Shown in pieces: positions 57,912 through 64,000 of a stretch of DNA of 64,000 nucleotides. The stretch is taken from NCBI GenBank assembly GCA_017853315.1, contig JAFMJW010000003.1:4537-68536 (forward strand). The letters are read 5' to 3'. The position numbers and the translations under genes were made by a program. Source of the DNA: Alphaproteobacteria bacterium (GTDB lineage Bacteria > Desulfobacterota > Binatia > UBA12015). Numbering within the stretch: position 1 is the first letter of the stretch; every line of letters starts with the position of its first letter. A model generated the notes under the pieces. That model ran no database searches. It saw only the letters and a list, made by a program, of their open reading frames with translations, and was not told the origin of the DNA.

Positions 57912-59425
57912 AGCGTCGTCGCCCGCATCTGGTCGTAGAGTTCCCGCCAGCGCGCGTAGTGCGCGTCCCACGCGTCGCGCGCGCGATCGTCGGGAGGCAG
58001 CGGGCGCAGCCGCACCATCGCGTCGGCCGCGGCGGAGATCGACGGGTGGAGGCCCGCGCCCGCGGCCGCGAGCACCGCGGCCCCCAGCGCGGTCGCGTTG
58101 GGCTCCTCGGAGACCAGGATCGGGCGGTGGAGGATGCGCGCGAAGGCCGCGAGCAGCCCGGGGCTCCGCGTCATCCCGCCCGAGATCGTGAGCGACTCGA
58201 CCGGAGCGCCGAGGAGCGACTCGACCTGCTCGAGGTTCGCCCGCACCGCGCACACGACGTTCTCCTGGAAGGAGCGCAGCAGCGTCGCGCGGCCCGGCCG
58301 CGGCGTGAACGGCGGCATGCGGAGCAGGAAACCGAAGGCCTGGTTCGGGTTGAAGGACAACAGGTCGAAGACCTGCGGGCCGACCACCCCGAACGCCGGC
58401 TGCGGGTCGCCGGGCAGGAGCGCGATCTCGGCCTCGGCGGTCTCGAACGCCGACGGGTCGCGCAGTCCCACGAGCTCGAGCAGCCACTCCCAGGTGATGC
58501 CGGTGTCGCCCGAGTTGCTCTCGAGGGTGAAGCGCCCGGGCAGGACGTGGCAGCCGCTCCAGAGTCGCCCGGCGGGGTCGATCGTGGGCTCGGCGAGGAC
58601 GCTCATGACGGGCGTCGTCGTGCCCAGCACCGCACCCGCCCGGCCCGGGGCGACGACGTCCGACCCGAGCAGCGCGCACTGGGTGTCGCCGCCGCCGGCG
58701 AAGACCGGCGTGCCCTCGCGAAGGCCGGTGGTCCGGGCCGCGGCGGCGGTCACCCGGCCGACCCGGGTCGCGGGCTCGACGATCGGCGGCAGGAGGCTCG
58801 GGTCGACCTCGAAGGCGGCCTGCACCTCGCGGCTCCAGGCGCGCGTCGGGAAGTCGAGCAGCATCGTCTCGCAGGCGTTCGAGGGCTCGGAGAAGAGTTC
58901 GCCCGAGAGGCGCCAGCCGATCCAGTCGCTGAGCGTCAGCATCTTCGCGACCGGCGGGGTGCCGTCGCGCGCGCGGTGGACGAGGAGGCGGGCGAGGCTC
59001 GAGACGAAGGGCGGCCAGTGTCCGCCGATCGCGACCGCGCGATCGAGCCCGAGCGTCCCCATGATCTTCATCGCGCCGTCGAAGCCGCGGCCGTCCATGT
59101 TGGGGCCGGCGTAGATTTCGCGCCCTCGCTCGTCGAGGAACACGCTGCCGAGTCGCTGCGCCGTGGCGGAGACGCCGACGATCGCCTCGGCGGGAATCCC
59201 CGCGGCCGCGAGCGCCGCTCGCGTGCAGCGCCCCAGCGCCTCCCAGAAGGCTTCCGGGTCGAAGGAGTAGCCGCGCGTGAACCCCGGGGGGTCGACCGGC
59301 TCCTCGCGGTAGCCCCAGGGCTCCCGCGCGACGGCCAGGCAGCGGCCGGTCGCGTCGACCAGCATGCACTTCCCGCCGCCGGTGCCGAAGTCGAGTGCGG
59401 CGAGGACGGGGCCGGAAGCGGTCAC
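57908..59425 (-). CDS. FGGY family carbohydrate kinase (LsrK-like)
   Basis: ALDFGTGGGK, EPSNACET, GGGDTQ, LGTT, SGG, ATALGAA. Confidence 0.88.
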   Translation of the reverse strand: MTASGPVLAALDFGTGGGKCMLVDATGRCLAVAREPWGYREEPVDPPGFTRGYSFDPEAFWEALGRCTRAALAAAGIPAEAIVGVSATAQRLGSVFLDERGREIYAGPNMDGRGFDGAMKIMGTLGLDRAVAIGGHWPPFVSSLARLLVHRARDGTPPVAKMLTLSDWIGWRLSGELFSEPSNACETMLLDFPTRAWSREVQAAFEVDPSLLPPIVEPATRVGRVTAAAARTTGLREGTPVFAGGGDTQCALLGSDVVAPGRAGAVLGTTTPVMSVLAEPTIDPAGRLWSGCHVLPGRFTLESNSGDTGITWEWLLELVGLRDPSAFETAEAEIALLPGDPQPAFGVVGPQVFDLLSFNPNQAFGFLLRMPPFTPRPGRATLLRSFQENVVCAVRANLEQVESLLGAPVESLTISGGMTRSPGLLAAFARILHRPILVSEEPNATALGAAVLAAAGAGLHPSISAAADAMVRLRPLPPDDRARDAWDAHYARWRELYDQMRATTL

Positions 59426-59465
59426 CCGCGGGTTGTCCGCGATCGCCGCACGCAGTGCAAGCGCC

Positions 59466-60602
59466 TCACGGAGAAGGGACGGGGACGCCCGAGGCCCGCA
59501 ACATGCCGCGGAAGAACGCGAGGCTCACGAGGAAGGGCACGGCGTAGTACGCGAACCGGAAGATCAGCACCGCGACCACCGCGGTCTCGAGCGGGATCCC
59601 GAGCGTCACGAAGACCCCGGTCATCGAGCCCTCGAGGATGCCGATCCCCCCCGGCGCCAGCGACACCAGCGACGCGAGCATGCCGATCGCGAAGCCCACC
59701 GCGACCTCGCCGAAGGGCAGCGACCGCCCCGCGCACCAGAACGAGGCCTTGAGCACGCCGAGCGTCGCGAGCCAGTCGAGCACGATCCAGCCGGCGGGGC
59801 CGAGCATCGAGCGCCAGCGCGACAGCATGAAGTCGAGCCCGGAGTTCACGTTGTGGGCCACCCGCCAGAGGTGGATCCGTCGCGGAAGGCGGTGGCTCGG
59901 CAGGAAGCGCCGCGCGAGCCGGTGGCCCGCCACGACCGAGCGGACGAGGAAGCGCCGCCGGGCCTGCGGCCGGACCAGGAGCACGAGGCAGAGGACGGTG
60001 AGGAGCACGAAGGCTCCGAGCATCGTCGCGGCCGTCGCCAGCGCTGCCGTGCCGAGCGAGGCATGGGCGATCAGGAAGTAGAAGCCCATCGCGAGGAAGA
60101 CGAGCAGCGTCAGGTTCGTCAGCAGTCCCTGGACGAAGGAGATCGTGACCGCGTTCCCCATGGGGATTCCGTGCTGGGTGAAGAAGTACATGCGGAACGC
60201 GAAGCCGGAGAGGCCGCCCGTCGCGACGAGGTAGTTCACGGTGTTCGAAACGAAGGTGATTCGCAGCATCGGCCAGAGCCCGATCGGGGTGCCGGCCGCT
60301 CGCGCGATGCCCTCGTAGGAGAGCGCCATGAGGACGTAGGAGAGGAGCGTCAGGCCGATCGGGAGGAGCAGGCGCAGCCACGACACGTTGCGGGCGGCCT
60401 CGAGCAGGGCCTTGCCGTCGCTGTAGAAGAACATGAGCCCCAGCGCCGCGAGCGCGAAGAAGGCGGCGAGCAGGGCGAGGCTGCGGCTCGGGCGGGTCGA
60501 GATGCCGGACTCGGGCACCAGCTCGGCTCCCTCGTCGGGGGCCAGGGGCGGCGCGGTGCGGGTGGTCGGTCCCCCGCCCCAGGATTCGGGGGTCGGTCTC
60601 AT
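59466..60602 (-). CDS. Lysylphosphatidylglycerol synthase TM / flippase-like membrane protein (start uncertain)
   Basis: About 8 hydrophobic segments, NYLVATGG, PGGIGILEG, VLIFRFAYY. Confidence 0.82.
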   Translation of the reverse strand: MRPTPESWGGGPTTRTAPPLAPDEGAELVPESGISTRPSRSLALLAAFFALAALGLMFFYSDGKALLEAARNVSWLRLLLPIGLTLLSYVLMALSYEGIARAAGTPIGLWPMLRITFVSNTVNYLVATGGLSGFAFRMYFFTQHGIPMGNAVTISFVQGLLTNLTLLVFLAMGFYFLIAHASLGTAALATAATMLGAFVLLTVLCLVLLVRPQARRRFLVRSVVAGHRLARRFLPSHRLPRRIHLWRVAHNVNSGLDFMLSRWRSMLGPAGWIVLDWLATLGVLKASFWCAGRSLPFGEVAVGFAIGMLASLVSLAPGGIGILEGSMTGVFVTLGIPLETAVVAVLIFRFAYYAVPFLVSLAFFRGMLRASGVPVPSP

Positions 60603-60655
60603 CTCGGGCGGTATCGCGGCCGGGCGGACGCGACCCCCGGACCCTAGCACGGGGC

Positions 60656-61648
60656 TCACCAGCCCCGCAGATCGACTTCCCAGGACTCGAGCACGTCGTC
60701 GCCGTCCACCAGGTGCAGTCTCTCGTGGTAGGCGACGGTCGGATCGACGTGGGCCGGTCGCAGGCGGATTCGCTCGCCCACCCGCGGCGGTTTGGTCCCT
60801 GCACCCCCTGCGAAGGTCACGTGCTCGTCGGAGCAGAACCACACCTTGCACCCGTCGATCGAGGGCGGGCCGTGATCCATGCCGAGCGCCTTCAGTCCCG
60901 CGTCCGCGACCGCCCAGCCGGGCGACGTCGAGATCACCGTGGAGAGGAGGAAGAGCGCGGGACGGAAGGGCAGGCCGAGCACGTCGTAGGCCGTGTCCAT
61001 GAGCGCGTAGGAGCCGGCCTGGATCTCGGTCGCGTCGCGGTGGAGGTCCCAGGTCCCCGTGCCGCCGGCGGAGACGACCGGTCCGCCGACCTGCGCGTGG
61101 GCCTCGACGAGCGATCGCATCGAGGTCTCGACTCCGGCGCGCCGCGCCTCGGGATCCCCCAGGCCGACGACGTGGCCCTCGTATCCCATGACGCCGCGCA
61201 CGAGGAGGCCCGCTCTCCGGGCGAGGTCGGCGATCCGGCCGGCGTCGCCGGGAGCACAGCCGCAGCGCGGGAGGCCGACGTTCACGTCGACCAGCACCTC
61301 GCGGACGCCGCCTTCGGCCGCGGCCGCGATCGTCTCCGGGGAGTCGACGGCGACGGTCACGCGCGCGTCGAGCGCACCGAGCCGTCGCGCGTCGAGGACC
61401 TCGTTCGCGAGCAGGAGATCGTCGCCGAGGCCCGCGCGCGCCATGCCTTCCATCTCGCGGACGGTCGCGCAGGTGAAGCCCGCGTGGCCGCGTGCCGCCT
61501 GCAGGCGTGCGAGCGCCGTGCACTTGTGGGCCTTCACGTGGGGCCGGAGCCGTGTGCCGGGAAGCGCCCGGGACATCGTGTCGAGGTTGTGCTCGAGGGC
61601 CGGTCGCTCCACCACGAGCGCCGGGGTCGGCAGGTCGTGGAGCTTCAT
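60656..61648 (-). CDS. PLP enzyme, alanine racemase fold (DSD1 / D-threonine aldolase-like)
   Basis: LPTPAL, RPHVKAHKC, MGYEGH, SAGGTGT, EIQAGSY, DAGLKA, SDEH. Confidence 0.87.
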   Translation of the reverse strand: MKLHDLPTPALVVERPALEHNLDTMSRALPGTRLRPHVKAHKCTALARLQAARGHAGFTCATVREMEGMARAGLGDDLLLANEVLDARRLGALDARVTVAVDSPETIAAAAEGGVREVLVDVNVGLPRCGCAPGDAGRIADLARRAGLLVRGVMGYEGHVVGLGDPEARRAGVETSMRSLVEAHAQVGGPVVSAGGTGTWDLHRDATEIQAGSYALMDTAYDVLGLPFRPALFLLSTVISTSPGWAVADAGLKALGMDHGPPSIDGCKVWFCSDEHVTFAGGAGTKPPRVGERIRLRPAHVDPTVAYHERLHLVDGDDVLESWEVDLRGW

Positions 61649-61691
61649 GCCGCGCGTCCGGCCCGCGCGGTCGCGCCGCCCGTCGCCCTGC

Positions 61692-63047
61692 TCATCGCCC
61701 CGCGATCGTCATGCGGCCGATCCGGACGGTCGGCGCTGCGACGCTCGTGCGCGGTGCGAGGTCGTCGCCGACCATCTCGATGCCTCGCAGCATGTCGAGC
61801 AGGTTGCCTGCGATCGTGACTTCCTCGACCGGGTGGACGACCTCGCCGCGCTCGATCCAGAGGCCCGATGCGCCGCGCGAGTAGTCGCCGGTCACCGGGT
61901 TCACGCCGAAGCCCGAGAGCGAGGTCACCCAGAGGCCGCGGTCGACCGAGCGCAGGATCTCCGCGGGAGGCGTCGTGCCGGCCTGGAGGTGGAAGTTCGT
62001 CGGCGAGGCGCCTGGAACGTCGCCGACCGAGCGCGCGGCGCTTCCCGTGGTGGCGAGTCCGAGGCGGGACGCGGCGTAGGTGTCGAGCAGGTAGCTTCGC
62101 AGCACGCCCGCCTCGACGACCACCGTGCGCCGGGTGGCGACGCCCTCGCCGTCGAAGGGCCGCGAAGCGAGGCCGCCGGGAAGGCGTCCGTCGTCGACCA
62201 GGGTCACCAGCGGCGAGGCGACGGCCTCGCCCAGGCGATCGAGCAGGAACGAGGTGCGCCGGTAGAGGGCGCCGCCGCACACCGCCGAGGCGACGTGGCC
62301 GACCAGGCTCGCCGCCGTCTGCGGGTCGAACACGACCGTCGCCTCCTGGGTCGGGACCGGACGTGCGCCGAGCCGCCGGAGCGCGCGCTCTGCTGCGATT
62401 CGCCCGATCGACCCGGGATCCTCCAGGCGTGCGAGCGAGCGCCGCGTGTCGAACCAGGAGCCGGACTGCATCGCGCCGTCGGCGCCCGCGACCGGGGCCG
62501 CCCAGAGCGTGTAGCCCGTGCCGCGGTACTCGCCGGCGAAGCCGCGGCTCGACGCGTAGGCGACTCTCGACGAGCGCGCGGAGAAGCCGGCCCCGTCCGA
62601 GTTCACGATGCGCGGGTCCGCGTCGAGTGCGGCCGCCTCGCAGAGCCGCGCGAGCTCGACGCGCTCCTCGGGCGAGGTGGCGAGGCCGGCGGGGTCGTCG
62701 AGCCCGAGGTCGGGCACGTCGCGCGCGAGCAGGGACGCGTCGGCCAGCGCGGAGACCGGGTCCGGGGCCACGATGCGCGCCATCCCGACGACGTCGGCGG
62801 CGAAGCGCCCGACGGCGTCGCCGTCGAGGTCCGCGGTCGAGGCCGCGGCGGAGCGGTGGTCGACGAAGCAGCGCAGCCCGAGGCGTCGCTCCCTCGACAG
62901 GACCACGTTCTCGACCTCGCGCAGCCGGACGCTCGCGGTCGACGACTCGCCCTCGACGAAGACCGCGTCGCAGTCGGTCGCCCCCGCGCGCCGCGCCGCC
63001 TCGATCGCGCGCTCGACGAGCGCGGCCCCGTCTTCCCGGGTGCTCAA
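61692..63047 (-). CDS. pmbA: TldE/PmbA family protein
   Basis: [37 protein letters not shown] start overlaps the tldD stop. Confidence 0.92.
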   Translation of the reverse strand: MSTREDGAALVERAIEAARRAGATDCDAVFVEGESSTASVRLREVENVVLSRERRLGLRCFVDHRSAAASTADLDGDAVGRFAADVVGMARIVAPDPVSALADASLLARDVPDLGLDDPAGLATSPEERVELARLCEAAALDADPRIVNSDGAGFSARSSRVAYASSRGFAGEYRGTGYTLWAAPVAGADGAMQSGSWFDTRRSLARLEDPGSIGRIAAERALRRLGARPVPTQEATVVFDPQTAASLVGHVASAVCGGALYRRTSFLLDRLGEAVASPLVTLVDDGRLPGGLASRPFDGEGVATRRTVVVEAGVLRSYLLDTYAASRLGLATTGSAARSVGDVPGASPTNFHLQAGTTPPAEILRSVDRGLWVTSLSGFGVNPVTGDYSRGASGLWIERGEVVHPVEEVTIAGNLLDMLRGIEMVGDDLAPRTSVAAPTVRIGRMTIAGR

Positions 63048-64000
63048 GCGCGCGTCCCTCCCACCGTGATGCCGTCGATCCGCAGCGTGGGCTGGCCCAC
63101 CCCGACGGGCACCGACTGCCCGTCCTTGCCGCAGGTGCCGATCCCGTCGTCGAGGCGGAGGTCGGCGCCGACCCGGCTGATCCGGGTGAGCACGTCGGGC
63201 CCGTTGCCGATCAGCGTCGCGCCCTTCACGGGACGGCCGATCTTCCCGCCCTCGAGAAGGTAGGCCTCGCTCGCCGAGAAGACGAACTTGCCGTTGGTGA
63301 TGTCGACCTGTCCGCCGCCGAAGGCGACGGCATAGAGTCCGCGGTCGACCGAGCGGATCACGTCCTCGGGTGCGTCCGTGCCGGCGAGCATGAAGGTGTT
63401 GGTCATTCGCGGCAGCGGGTAGTGCATGAAGCTCTCGCGGCGGCCGTTGCCGGTCGCGGGCACGCCCATCAGGCGCGCGTTCAGCCGGTCGTGGAGGTAG
63501 CCCACGAGCCGGCCCTTCTCGATCAGGACGTTGCGGCGGGTCGGCGTGCCCTCGTCGTCGACGTTGAGCGAGCCGCGGCGCGACGCGATCGTGCCGTCGT
63601 CGACCACGGTGCAGAGCTCCGAGGCGACGCGCTCTCCCATGAGCTTCGCGAACGCGGACGTGCCCTTGCGGTTGAAGTCGCCCTCGAGGCCGTGCCCGAC
63701 GGCTTCGTGGAGGAGGATTCCGGGCCATCCGGCTCCCAGGACGACGGTCATCGGCCCGGCCGGGGCGTCGACCGCGTCGAGATTCACGATCGCCTGCCGT
63801 GCGGCCTCGCGGGCGAAGCGGAGCGCGCGCTCCTCGTCGTCGACCAGCCAGGCGAAGGCATGCCTTCCGCCGCCGCCGGCGCTGCCCTGCTGGCGGCGGT
63901 CGCCGTCCTCGGCGATGCAGGCGACGTTCACGCGCAGCAGCGGCTGCACGTCCGCGACCAGTTCGCCCTCGGAGTTCGCCACGAGGACCAGCTTCTGCTC
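63044..64000 (-). CDS. tldD: Metalloprotease TldD (partial, 5' end outside the window)
   Basis: [40 protein letters not shown]. Confidence 0.95.
   Translation of the reverse strand, partial: EQKLVLVANSEGELVADVQPLLRVNVACIAEDGDRRQQGSAGGGGRHAFAWLVDDEERALRFAREAARQAIVNLDAVDAPAGPMTVVLGAGWPGILLHEAVGHGLEGDFNRKGTSAFAKLMGERVASELCTVVDDGTIASRRGSLNVDDEGTPTRRNVLIEKGRLVGYLHDRLNARLMGVPATGNGRRESFMHYPLPRMTNTFMLAGTDAPEDVIRSVDRGLYAVAFGGGQVDITNGKFVFSASEAYLLEGGKIGRPVKGATLIGNGPDVLTRISRVGADLRLDDGIGTCGKDGQSVPVGVGQPTLRIDGITVGGTRA

Overview
Very GC-rich bacterial chromosomal segment with densely packed, mostly + strand housekeeping genes. The gene order resembles Deltaproteobacteria-like lineages (inference only). From left to right: a partial gspC (-); a ~26 kb translationally coupled envelope cluster (lysS, lolC/E, lolD, bamA, skp, fabZ-lpxA fusion, lpxI, gnnA-like oxidoreductase, sphingosine-1-phosphate-lyase-like PLP enzyme, lpxB, msbA, DUF374 acyltransferase, waaA, lpxK, epimerase, Trm112-like protein, GT9, a degenerate GT2, Kdo-kinase-like protein, kinase-GT2 fusion, GT4, rfaE1); yicC-gmk-rel-ridA-rpmB; rfaE2 (-); mutL-miaA-accA-pheA-tyrA/aroA fusion-cmk-rpsA-sppA-ihfB; an AAA+/VWA pair; mutS-amidase-glnD-xerD-trpS-scpAB-rluB; and a - strand block (FGGY kinase, flippase-like protein, DSD1-like PLP enzyme, tldE, partial tldD). 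I saw no mobile element, CRISPR array, tRNA or rRNA. The best candidates for novelty are in the lipid A/LPS cluster: the FabZ-LpxA fusion, an S1P-lyase-like gene in the gnnB position, a BamA with a lipobox, and a probable pseudo-glycosyltransferase. A recurring sigma70-like promoter pattern also suggests leaderless transcripts. All assignments come from motif recognition by eye; no database searches were run.
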